From NCBI GenBank assembly GCA_963668175.1, contig OY764159.1, positions 3,616,001-3,680,000 on the forward strand: a DNA stretch of 64,000 bases, written 5' to 3'. Under the pieces are notes generated by a model. The model was not told the DNA's origin and ran no database searches. It was given only the letters and a program-made list of their open reading frames with translations. Made by a program: the position numbers and the translations under genes. Of this stretch, positions 29,739 to 39,600 are shown one piece after another (positions within the stretch are counted from its first letter, which is position 1; the number at the start of each line of letters is the position of its first letter). Source of the stretch: Syntrophales bacterium. Its GTDB lineage: Bacteria > Desulfobacterota > Syntrophia > Syntrophales > PHBD01.

Positions 29739-31868
29739 TTACGGCCGAGACGATGGATTCATCTCAAAGCCGTTACCAGAGGGGCTCACTGTCAGCCGCA
29801 CCGACGCCTTCAGCCCCTGCAGGGACGGAACTCTCCCACTTGTTCCTTCCTGACGCAGTTCCCTTTTACGAACCCACGCAAATTTCGGTTTGGTGGACTT
29901 TACCTCTGCCAAGTCCTTTTCGTCAAGATGCATTTTAGCGAGGATCACGGCAAGGTAATCGGCCCAGGCGTCCGTAACCTCCCCTCGCTGATACATAAAA
30001 TGATAACGCACCGGATTTGCGATGATAGAGGCCAGGTATGCCGCTTCAAGAGGCGTAAGGTCATTCGGTTTTTTATCGAAGTAGTGTCGGGAAGCCGCAC
30101 CTATGCCATAAATACCGGGCCCCCATTCTATAATGTTCGCATAGATTTCCAGAATGCGTTCCTTGCCGAGTTCGTGCTCCAACGCATAGGTGAGGAGCAT
30201 TTCTTCGAACTTCCGGGAAATATTCTTTTCGTTCGTAAGGAAGAGATTCTTAACCGTCTGCATGGAAATGGTCGAGGCGCCGCGGGCGAAACGCCCTTCA
30301 CGGATATTCTGTTCCATGGATCGCCGGATATGCTCAAGCTGAAAGCCTCTGTGAGAAAAGAAACGGCCGTCTTCACAGGTCAGAATGGCCCTCACGGCAT
30401 ATGGCCCTATCTTCTTATAGGAAACGAAATCCGGATTTGAAGGCCCGACCCAGAATTCCTTGATTACTTTGCCATTTTTACGAACACGGTGTAAAAAGGG
30501 GCCTCTCAACCGGGTGATATCGGTCTTTGGCGCCGAAACAATCCGAAAATCACGTATATGTACTACGGGATCGAAGGCAATCGAATTCTTATCGAGCCTG
30601 TTCATAGCAAAGGTGACATCCGCATCGATGACGCCTTCCGCCACGGCACCGCGGACCGTCGGGATGAAATCCGGCGGCAGACTGTCCAGGATGTCGCCTA
30701 TGGGAACGCCGGCGCACCGCAGACGCGTCTTTATCTGCGGTGATTCCGAGTAATCAACGGATCCTTCAACATCCGCCTTCAACGCACCCAATCCTATGCG
30801 GGATGAAAGCAGTTCGACTTTCCTGACTTCCCTGTCCCATTTTATCGTGCCGCTGGTATCAAAGGTCACGTTCTTGATCGGCCGATCAGCCAGACGCCGG
30901 TGATCGATCCCCACCTTCTTCAATGCGCAGTTAAAGGCGACCGTCTGAACAGGATCGGCAGGACAATAGACCGTTTCCACCGATCCGGTGAGTACAGCAT
31001 CATCACCGGCCACCAGCCAGGCAGGGAGGTATCGGGACAAATCGGCCAGCCTGATTTCCCGGCCGGCAAGCCTGATCTTGAACACCCGGACACTGCCCTC
31101 ACCCTCAATGCGTGCTTCGCTCTTCGTTTCGCCGATCCTTGCCGCAGCGTTGAGGGCAATCTGTCTTGTCCTCAAATCATAGTTTACTTTCCCGAAGCTC
31201 CCTGTGACGATCGGCGCCGTCGTCCGTCCGATAACCGTGTTCCGTTGAAGCACGACCCTGCCTCGCTCCCAGGACAGGGTCAGATCCGGCCCCACTGTGA
31301 CGAACCGTCCTAACCCGGCAGAAGAAGAGTCTCCGCCGCCGCCGCTGAAACCCTGCCAACGCTTGACGGCGTCTGCCAAAGGCCAGTGGCCCGTAACAGA
31401 CGGCATTGGCAGCGAACATTCGGCATCGACCAGCATTATACCGCTGATCTTCACGCCCGGCCGCGGCAGCAGACTTAAGCCGTAATGGACATAGACCCTC
31501 GAAGCGGAGAGTAAGGGTAGATCGTTCCCACGGCTGTGGTCGTATATGACGACATCGTGAAATCCGATCCCGTGGACCGGATGGAAACCGACGCTTCCGA
31601 CCCGGACGGACACCTCCCACCTGTTTCCGATATCGCGGATTTTTCCATCCAGTTCCGTCTGCAGAAGGCGGCATCCGTAAAGTCCCACTGCGGCGGACAC
31701 CCCGTAGGCTAGAATGCCTATGACGGCGGTAACGACAGCCAGGCGGCGCACTATCCGCCGGATCTTTTTCTCTGAATCGCTGCAGGCGCCGCGGTGAGTT
31801 CCGTCCGGGCGGCCATCAGGCGCCAGTGACCGCATTTTCCTATATATTGATGATGGATGAATCTTCAT
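29739..31868 (-). CDS. Peptidoglycan glycosyltransferase (GT51, MtgA-like) with a long AsmA-like N-terminal region
   Basis: EDGRFF.H.G, RGASTISMQTVKNLFL, RKFEE, KERILEIY.N.IEWG, YGIGAA...YF; no transpeptidase domain; about 450 aa beta-rich region after an N-terminal TM. Confidence 0.85.
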   Translation of the reverse strand: MKIHPSSIYRKMRSLAPDGRPDGTHRGACSDSEKKIRRIVRRLAVVTAVIGILAYGVSAAVGLYGCRLLQTELDGKIRDIGNRWEVSVRVGSVGFHPVHGIGFHDVVIYDHSRGNDLPLLSASRVYVHYGLSLLPRPGVKISGIMLVDAECSLPMPSVTGHWPLADAVKRWQGFSGGGGDSSSAGLGRFVTVGPDLTLSWERGRVVLQRNTVIGRTTAPIVTGSFGKVNYDLRTRQIALNAAARIGETKSEARIEGEGSVRVFKIRLAGREIRLADLSRYLPAWLVAGDDAVLTGSVETVYCPADPVQTVAFNCALKKVGIDHRRLADRPIKNVTFDTSGTIKWDREVRKVELLSSRIGLGALKADVEGSVDYSESPQIKTRLRCAGVPIGDILDSLPPDFIPTVRGAVAEGVIDADVTFAMNRLDKNSIAFDPVVHIRDFRIVSAPKTDITRLRGPFLHRVRKNGKVIKEFWVGPSNPDFVSYKKIGPYAVRAILTCEDGRFFSHRGFQLEHIRRSMEQNIREGRFARGASTISMQTVKNLFLTNEKNISRKFEEMLLTYALEHELGKERILEIYANIIEWGPGIYGIGAASRHYFDKKPNDLTPLEAAYLASIIANPVRYHFMYQRGEVTDAWADYLAVILAKMHLDEKDLAEVKSTKPKFAWVRKRELRQEGTSGRVPSLQGLKASVRLTVSPSGNGFEMNPSSRP

Positions 31869-32147
31869 GACGAACTGGATTATCGGGAAAAACGGGGATT
31901 ACTTGACAGGATAACTCATGGGCACCACGATACTGCTTTCCTATATTAAGCGAGAGGGCTTCGGCTGTCAACGGAAAACTCGCCGCCGGGATGAACCGCC
32001 CAAGAATGCCTTTACATTTACTTCCCGTCGCGTATCTATTCAGGACATAAGCGAATGCAGGCTTGACCAACCGGTGAGGATATGAGAATGTAGCGAAACT
32101 GCAAACAGGGTTCACGGCCATCCTTATTTCCACGTGTTTTCTCCTGT

Positions 32148-33173
32148 TTGTGTGTTCCTGGCGGGAGGTTTGGATTGGGCCTTAGAAGAAAAATCAAATA
32201 CGCGATCATCCTCCTCTTTTTGATATTCCTGGTCGGCACGGCCGGTTTTAGTATCATTGAAGACCTGAGCATCGTCGATTCGCTCTATACGACGGTTGTC
32301 ACCATGTCGACCGTCGGTTACGGCGATTTTGTACCGAAAACCAACGTCGGGAAGCTTTTCACGTGCATCATGATCGTCTTCGGTGTCGGGACCATGCTCT
32401 ACACACTCGGGCTCTTGACGGAGACCATGGTCGAAGGGCGCTTCAAAACATTGATGGGGAAGGGGAGGCTCGAGAAAATGATCAAGAAAATGCACAATCA
32501 CTATATCATTTGCGGCTGCGGCAGGATAGGATTCCTGATCTGCCGGGAACTCAAAGCCGAAAAGGTCCCCTTTGTGGTGGTCGACAGGAATCCCGAAGTC
32601 ATCCAGAAATGCGAAGAAGCGGGCTACGTCTACTACAGCGGAGACGGCACACAGGACAAGACCCTCATCGAAGCTGGAATCAAAAGGGCCAAAGGCGTGG
32701 TCTGCGTATTGCCGACGGACGCCCTGAATCTTTACGTCATTCTCACGGCCAAGGAATTGAACCCGGACGTCTACATCCTTTCGCGCTCCGAGGAGGAAGC
32801 GTCGGAAAGCCGACTGCTCAGGGCCGGCGCGAACCGGGTTATGTCTCCCTATACCTTAGGCGGGCTGAGGATGTCGATGGCGCTCCTGAGACCGACCATG
32901 CACGACTTCATCGAGATCACGACAAAGAGGCAGAGTCTGGAACTCCGCATGGATGAACTGGACATCTGCGAAGGGTCTCCCCTCGTCGGCCTGACGCTGG
33001 AAAAGTCGGATATACGGCAGCGTTTCGGACTCATCATTGTCGCCATCAAGAAGGATTCGGGAAAAATGATCTTCAATCCCCTTGCTTCCTATATCATCGA
33101 AAAAGGCGACAAGCTCATCGCCATGGGCGAAGACGAGAATGTGAGCCAGTTTTCGACGATGTGCCTGGGTTAG
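32148..33173 (+). CDS. Potassium channel protein (2-TM pore with TrkA-N and TrkA-C/RCK domains)
   Basis: TVGYGD selectivity filter, CGCGRIG Rossmann motif, LRAGA.RV.SP, RCK-C domain; exact start uncertain. Confidence 0.93.
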   Translation: MCVPGGRFGLGLRRKIKYAIILLFLIFLVGTAGFSIIEDLSIVDSLYTTVVTMSTVGYGDFVPKTNVGKLFTCIMIVFGVGTMLYTLGLLTETMVEGRFKTLMGKGRLEKMIKKMHNHYIICGCGRIGFLICRELKAEKVPFVVVDRNPEVIQKCEEAGYVYYSGDGTQDKTLIEAGIKRAKGVVCVLPTDALNLYVILTAKELNPDVYILSRSEEEASESRLLRAGANRVMSPYTLGGLRMSMALLRPTMHDFIEITTKRQSLELRMDELDICEGSPLVGLTLEKSDIRQRFGLIIVAIKKDSGKMIFNPLASYIIEKGDKLIAMGEDENVSQFSTMCLG

Positions 33174-33674
33174 ACCGCGCCTCTCCTTCAGCAGGCTGTT
33201 GAAAAAAGTCCAACTGTCGCGCCCGGCCGCAAGCGCAGGCCTTCCTTTTTCCGTTTCATGCCGAGATTCTGCAGTATCCTTATCGTTCCCGCCGATGACG
33301 AACGGAAGGCGACATAACCTTTTATTTGCCCTGCCTGGGTTGCGGCTTCCGGTTTTCCGCTTTGGAGTGGCCGTAAACGCCCCTGATCGCCCTGTCAAGA
33401 CGGACATTTACTATCCGATACGAAATGAAGAGAGCATGCCGCGGACCGGGGAAGAAGTCTTATTGAAAACCTCAGCAACTTTCAGAGAGTTATCAAAATA
33501 AGGGCAGGATAGTGAAAACAACCCCGAAGCGGTATTTCTTCCGGATTTTTCGGACCTGTTCCGTGATAATGGATTTGGATTATCCGATGGACAAGCGGGA
33601 AACGGCAATATCATGCAGCGCGGAGAAACAGCATCCTATCATCCGCGGCAGCAGACTTCAGCCGGCAAGGAACG

Positions 33675-34883
33675 TCAATCCTTCGGCTCAGCCGTGCTGG
33701 ATGAGACCAAGAACTGGGGATCGGAGAAAAGCCGGCCGAAATTCATCTTGACAGGCGTCGGTTTCCCGAGGGCCGTCTTGATATATTCCAGCATCAGCTC
33801 TTCCACCATTTGCTCCCTGGACGTATTATGGACGGCTAAAGGTTCATCCGCCTTCGTTTTGCTCAGCTTTCCCATTTGAATGACCTGAGACCGTTGCGCC
33901 TGCTGCAGAGCGGCATATTTCTGCTTCAAATCGCCGGCAGGCAGACCTATAAGCCAGCGGTATACGGTAATTATTCGCGGCGAAGCGGGTAGATGCGACG
34001 ATTCCAGAACAGCTTTATGGTTTCGGGCAAAGCGTTTCAAACCTTCGATGATATGATTGGGCTTCACGAAATTGACGCCCAGCCAGCCGGCCTTTATCCA
34101 CTGGAAAACGCCGGTTCTCAGCATAACGGGTGCCGAACCCGATTCCACGTATACACCGATGGAGAAATAATCGTAGATGTACGATTCGACCCAGCCGAGC
34201 CCCGCCTTGGCGGAACCGATTTCACCCGAATAATAGTAGTTCCAGTCGCTGTCATTCCCGATAATAAAGCCTTTTTCCCCCACCTTCGATTTGTCGATTT
34301 GCTTCGATATGGAGATAAGGACCTGACGCCCCTTGTAATTGGCCACAATTAGCGTCCTTTTGAGATCGTATTCATAGTAGACGCCGGTGGTGAGGTCCGG
34401 CGTATTCGAATCGTGCTGGAACCCGTGCAGTATCAACGGGCTTCCTTCCGGAGGAATAGGCTTCCATACGGCAGGAAGTTTCTGTGTCCTTCCCGGCACG
34501 GTGCTCCAGAGCGAATACCGAAGCGATGACGGTCTGGTAACGACCTGAGGAATCATCGGGTTGTAAGAATATTCCATGAATCTGGCAAAGTTGGTTTTCG
34601 TGTCGAACTCCTGATAAGCCCCAGGACATTTTTGAGTTTCCGGAAGGGCATGGTCCTTTTCCGTCTTCGAGCTGAGCACATACTCGGTCAGGGTGGCTAT
34701 ATCGCGTTGATCGAGACCTGCTTTCGGATCGATACAGAACGATACGAGGCGCATGGCCGCTTCGGTGACCTGTTTACGGGAATCTGAGGCTGCATGAGCG
34801 ATGGAACTTAAATAAGATAAAACGATCGCTGAGGCCAGGAGGCAACAAATCGCAAGCGACCTTACATTATTCTTTTTTTTCAT
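33675..34883 (-). CDS. Exported hypothetical protein (about 400 aa)
   Basis: Long ORF, Sec signal ending AHA, no recognised motif; start placed at ATG 34883. Confidence 0.75.
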   Translation of the reverse strand: MKKKNNVRSLAICCLLASAIVLSYLSSIAHAASDSRKQVTEAAMRLVSFCIDPKAGLDQRDIATLTEYVLSSKTEKDHALPETQKCPGAYQEFDTKTNFARFMEYSYNPMIPQVVTRPSSLRYSLWSTVPGRTQKLPAVWKPIPPEGSPLILHGFQHDSNTPDLTTGVYYEYDLKRTLIVANYKGRQVLISISKQIDKSKVGEKGFIIGNDSDWNYYYSGEIGSAKAGLGWVESYIYDYFSIGVYVESGSAPVMLRTGVFQWIKAGWLGVNFVKPNHIIEGLKRFARNHKAVLESSHLPASPRIITVYRWLIGLPAGDLKQKYAALQQAQRSQVIQMGKLSKTKADEPLAVHNTSREQMVEELMLEYIKTALGKPTPVKMNFGRLFSDPQFLVSSSTAEPKD

Positions 34884-35017
34884 ATCCAAATACTGATAGA
34901 CTCCTTTACAATCGGTTTCGCTGATCGCCGCGGATTATAGGAACAACAGTTCTGTCTGTCAATGGTAGTTTGAAGTCGGGTAGAGAGGGCAGGTTTCACT
35001 ATCAAAGACGGCCTACC

Positions 35018-35629
35018 TTACTTTCTGGCAGTGGCCAGTGCCGCACCGAACACCATGAACATCGCTCCGCCCGCCTTGTTGATCATCTTCCCTCCCCGTT
35101 CCGAGGACAGCCATCGCTTCGCCCTTTGCGCACAAAGCGAATACAGACAATGAATGGCGACGACGAGGATACTGTATGTCAGCACCAGGGTGGCGAATTG
35201 CGAGGGATAGTCGCGTGCGGGATCGATAAACTGGGGAAGCACCGAAAGGAAAAAGAAGATAGCCTTCGGATTGGTCAGCTGCAGGGACAAACCCTCGATG
35301 AAGCGGCGTCGGAAACCGGCCGGATGCGAAGGGAGCGTCTGAAAACCGACGGCCGGAGCGCGCCAGAGCCTGATGCCCAAATAGATCAGGTACGCGGCAC
35401 CGATAAATTTGAGGACGGTGAACGCCAGGGCGGATGCAGCGAGGACGACCCCAAGGCCTGTAGCCGACACGGCAGCCACGACCAACGCCCCGCAGGATAT
35501 ACCCAGTATCCCGCCAAACGTCCCCTTAAACCCGTAGCGCAGGGAGTTCGTAAGCGTCATGATCACCCCGGGCCCCGGGCTGAACACTGTTATCGCCGCC
35601 ATACAGAGAAACAGCGGATAAAGTTTCAC
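35018..35629 (-). CDS. LysE/RhtB family amino-acid exporter
   Basis: SPGPG, LKFIGAAYL.YLG, F..G....LTNPK; GTG start at 35629 after AGGA. Confidence 0.92.
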   Translation of the reverse strand: MKLYPLFLCMAAITVFSPGPGVIMTLTNSLRYGFKGTFGGILGISCGALVVAAVSATGLGVVLAASALAFTVLKFIGAAYLIYLGIRLWRAPAVGFQTLPSHPAGFRRRFIEGLSLQLTNPKAIFFFLSVLPQFIDPARDYPSQFATLVLTYSILVVAIHCLYSLCAQRAKRWLSSERGGKMINKAGGAMFMVFGAALATARK

Positions 35630-35873
35630 GAGTTGAGTCCTATCGATCTGTTTTTTATTCGGCGAATAATTAACACGTTTTTGTGCAAATAGCAAAAACG
35701 GAATAACGCGGATCCTATCGATTCCGCCGCTCACCGTGCATCCGTTTGAAACCGGAGAGGACCGGCAAGAGGGTTCCGTCCGACAACCATGAATATTCAA
35801 AAGCATATTCTGTCGAACGACGGCCCGGCAGTCCGTCGATCATCCACCATCCTGCATTCTTTCGACTGTCGTT

Positions 35874-37178
35874 TCACAAACGATGTTGTTCGGTCCCACT
35901 GTCCGGATGTCGATGGGGCATCATCTGTGACGGGAAAATAAAGCGGACGGCCCGCTCGAAGAAGATATAATCCCAGGCCCAGTTGATCAGCACCATTACG
36001 CGGTTACGGAATCCGATGAGATTGAAAAGGTGGATGAAGAGCCAGAGGACCCAGGCAATGAAACCGATGAAGGTTCTTGCGCCGATATCGACGCCGGCGG
36101 CATCGCGGCCGATTGTAATCATTGAACCCCGATCCCGGTATCGGAAATTGCCGGGCTCGGCCCCTTTGATTTGAAGGAGTATATTCCGGGCGGCGGCGAT
36201 CCCCGATTGTATGGCGACCTGGGCAACCATCGGCAGGATGCGGCCGTTCTCCTTGATCTGTGCTAAATCGCCTATGACATATATTTCGGGCCGGCCGGGC
36301 ACTTGCAGGGTCGGCAGCACGCCGACACGGCCGCTCTTTTCCGCAGGTAGGCCCGAAAGTGCAGCCACCGGTTCGCCCCGCACGCCGCTGGTCCAGACAA
36401 CCGTCTCTGTCGGAATGGCGGGTTCGCCCTCCAGATCCACCTCGGACGCCGTTACACTGACGACCCGCGCCCCTAATCGGACATCGACGCCCATCTCGCG
36501 CAGCCGCTTCTCGGCATAGTTGCGCACGGCTTCGCTCATCGCCGCGACCAGACGATCCGACGCCTCCAGGAGTACGATGCGGACGCTTCGGAAATCGATG
36601 CCCGGGAAATCCCGCGATAGGGGTCCATGGATAAGTTCACTCAGGGCACCGGCATACTCAACGCCCGTTGCACCGCCCCCCACTATGGTAAAGGTAAGGA
36701 GGCATCTTCTCTTTTCCTCGTCCGTCTCGCGTGAGGCCCTTTCGAAACAGGAAATGATATGGTTCTTGAGGATAACGGCTTCATCAAGATTCTTGAGACC
36801 GAAAGCGTACGTATCGACACCGGGGACTCCGAACGTATGGGTGACGCTTCCAGCAGCCAGGATGAGATAATCGTAGTCAATCGTCTCCCCGTCCGTTTCA
36901 AGGAGGCGCTTTTCCGGATCAATGCGGCGGACATCGGCAAGGACAAAATCGACGTTGGGAAAACCCCAGAGAATGCTCCGCACGGGGTAGGCGATATCCT
37001 CAGCTTCCAGTTCAGCGGCGGCCACCTGATAAAGAAGCGCGAGAAAGGTGTGGTAATTGTTACGATCAACGACAACGACGCGGATATCCTGGTGGGCCAG
37101 GGTGCGTACGGCCCATAACCCACCGAATCCTGCGCCGACAACGACAACCTGTTTTTTCCCGGTACGATCTTCCTTCAT
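35874..37178 (-). CDS. ndh: Type II NADH:quinone oxidoreductase
   Basis: VVVGAGFGG, LLYQVA, GGGATGVE, IGD, AQVAIQ.G, F.Y.DRG.M.TIGR, C-terminal amphipathic helices. Confidence 0.9.
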   Translation of the reverse strand: MKEDRTGKKQVVVVGAGFGGLWAVRTLAHQDIRVVVVDRNNYHTFLALLYQVAAAELEAEDIAYPVRSILWGFPNVDFVLADVRRIDPEKRLLETDGETIDYDYLILAAGSVTHTFGVPGVDTYAFGLKNLDEAVILKNHIISCFERASRETDEEKRRCLLTFTIVGGGATGVEYAGALSELIHGPLSRDFPGIDFRSVRIVLLEASDRLVAAMSEAVRNYAEKRLREMGVDVRLGARVVSVTASEVDLEGEPAIPTETVVWTSGVRGEPVAALSGLPAEKSGRVGVLPTLQVPGRPEIYVIGDLAQIKENGRILPMVAQVAIQSGIAAARNILLQIKGAEPGNFRYRDRGSMITIGRDAAGVDIGARTFIGFIAWVLWLFIHLFNLIGFRNRVMVLINWAWDYIFFERAVRFIFPSQMMPHRHPDSGTEQHRL

Positions 37179-37765
37179 TTTGTCACCGTATTTGCTCTAT
37201 GTTGTAAAACCGCCGGCCGGTAACGCCAGATGGCCGCCTATTTCAAGCTATCGTGAAATGCCAGCGACAAAAGAGATCATCGGGATGGGGAGCGGGAGGG
37301 GCGAATTCGCAATGGACGCGGGGGCATTCTTTTCTATTATACTAAAAAACCCCAAAATTGTCGCTTATCTTTGTTGAACCTCCCGACAAACGCTGCTGTG
37401 TTACCTATCCGCCGGAAACGTCGTCTTGCGATACAGATCACTCTTGGAGGCTGCCCTGCCCGATGGACAACCACGAAGGATTGGAACGACCGCCGCTGCA
37501 TCCCTTAAGTCTGTTCCTGTCCCGGAGCCGTGACAATACCCATGTTATACGGACGACCTGACAGGCACCGACATTTTCAGATATGGATAAGTATCAAAAA
37601 AGTCTCGATTCCGGATTCCCGGCCGATCGCAAATTACCCCTTGTAATATTACATAAAACTGTATAGACGTATTACACATGAAGCACAGGCCGTCGATTAA
37701 AGCCTCTACGCGGCGCTGGTCATCGGCCTGCATCTGGATGCTGTAATGCAAGCTAAGGCCGATCC

Positions 37766-39169
37766 ATGATCAAGAACCCTGACAGCCCTGAAAATCCTCA
37801 TATCCGACCCAATCAGACCTTCATCTGCAGCGTCGTCTTCATCGACCTGGTTGAGTATTCGAAAAAACCCTTCGTTGAGCAGATCCTGATCAAGGAACGT
37901 TTCAACATACATCTGGCCGATGCTATTAAGGATATATCCCTCAACTACCGGATTGTCCTGGACACCGGCGACGGAGCGGCGATCGGCTTTATCGGCGACC
38001 CGGAGGACGCCCTCTTTGTGGCCATGAGCCTTCGCGACGCCCTCATGGACGACGATTCCGAAGTGGCGCCCAATCTCAAGGTCCGGATGGGCATCAATCT
38101 CGGACCGGTAAAGATCCTTAAAGACATCAACAACCAAATGAACATGATCGGAGACGGCATCAACGCCGCCGAACGCATCATGAGCTTCTCCGAACCGGGA
38201 CAGCTCCTGGTTTCGAGGTCCTATTACGACATCGTCTCCTGCCTTTCGCAGGAATACGCTCAGCTCTTTCATTACCAGGGTTCCCGGGCGGACAAACATG
38301 TCCGCGAGCATGATCTCTATGCCGTTGAACACACCAGGATGAAACCCGGCTCCCTGTATAACCGCCCGGATAGAAAGCAGAACGGCTTCTGCAGTGAAGA
38401 AGATGATCCTGTCGAGCCGGTCCGTCTTGCCGCCGAAGAATCATACCGCGCTTACCCCAGGAAGGTTGATCGAGACGCATCGGCGGGACGGGGAAAGAAA
38501 GCGATCATGATCGGGGGGACTATGGCCGCCGTTCTTGCCGGCCTCATCTTCCTCCTGCCCGGAGAAAAAGCGCCGTCGGAACAACCGAAGGTAGCCGCAA
38601 CTCCCGCAAACGCCGTCCCGGAAAGCAAACCCGTACCTGCCGTAACGACGGCCGTTCCCGAAAAACCGCTGCCGAACCCGAAGGCCCCGGCAACATCCAG
38701 GAAAACCCCGCCCGAGCAGACAGTCGTCTCCGCCAAAACTCAAGAGGAACCGGTCAAAAAAGCTGTGAAGAAGTTGTCCGCCCGGGCCGGCGACGTCCTC
38801 TTCACCTTCATCGATCAGAAATCACAGGGAAATGAAATAACGCTGAGCATCCAAACATATAACGGCTCCAGCGAAACCAAGCGCATCGCCATCTATGACG
38901 ACGCCTACTGGTGGGCCAAGTCTCAGATACTGGACGAAGCCGGCGAGAAACACGACGTCAACAAGGTCGTCTTTCTCAATGATGCCGAGAAGATTTCCAT
39001 GTCCCTCACGGGCACGCAGGGAATTGCCGTCGCCCCCAAAAAATCCGTCATCGCCAACCTGACGTTTAAAAAATCCTTCAAAACGGCAAAAACTCTGGTT
39101 CTACACCCCTTTATCTGCCACGAGGGAAACTGTTCCGAACACAACCTGGTCATGAACCTGAACAAGTAG
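37766..39169 (+). CDS. Class III nucleotide cyclase domain + TM + Pro-rich linker + extracytoplasmic beta domain (paralogue 1)
   Basis: VFIDLVEYS, TGDG, RMGINLGPV, GDGINAAER, GQLLVS; single TM. Confidence 0.85.
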   Translation: MIKNPDSPENPHIRPNQTFICSVVFIDLVEYSKKPFVEQILIKERFNIHLADAIKDISLNYRIVLDTGDGAAIGFIGDPEDALFVAMSLRDALMDDDSEVAPNLKVRMGINLGPVKILKDINNQMNMIGDGINAAERIMSFSEPGQLLVSRSYYDIVSCLSQEYAQLFHYQGSRADKHVREHDLYAVEHTRMKPGSLYNRPDRKQNGFCSEEDDPVEPVRLAAEESYRAYPRKVDRDASAGRGKKAIMIGGTMAAVLAGLIFLLPGEKAPSEQPKVAATPANAVPESKPVPAVTTAVPEKPLPNPKAPATSRKTPPEQTVVSAKTQEEPVKKAVKKLSARAGDVLFTFIDQKSQGNEITLSIQTYNGSSETKRIAIYDDAYWWAKSQILDEAGEKHDVNKVVFLNDAEKISMSLTGTQGIAVAPKKSVIANLTFKKSFKTAKTLVLHPFICHEGNCSEHNLVMNLNK

Positions 39170-39600
39170 AATCAACAGCCCCTCGCGCACTGTGTGCGTA
39201 CCCTTCCTGTTTTACAATTTGCATTCACTCAAACATGAAACGCATTAACATATAATACAAAATCCCTTTTCTCGCGAAGGCCGGTTCGCTTATGGCCCTT
39301 TCATGAATCATCATCACGCCTTATAGATTTTACTACAAGTAAATCAAGGGCCTGCGTATTTTTTTGCTTGTCAATTTCCAAGAAAACGATTAAGTGGGGT
39401 ACGTCGATATCGTTTAGGTATCGCGATCTCGTTGAATAAAGCCAATCCGACCCATATGAACACGCTCGATAAGATCAATCTCTCCTCTCATCATCGCACG
39501 ACTGCGGATACGATCAAGGCTCAGGGAAAAAGAATACGGCCTCACCGGTCAGTTGGATTCGAGGGGCATAACTTGCAGACAAAGAAAAAGAATGCACGCC

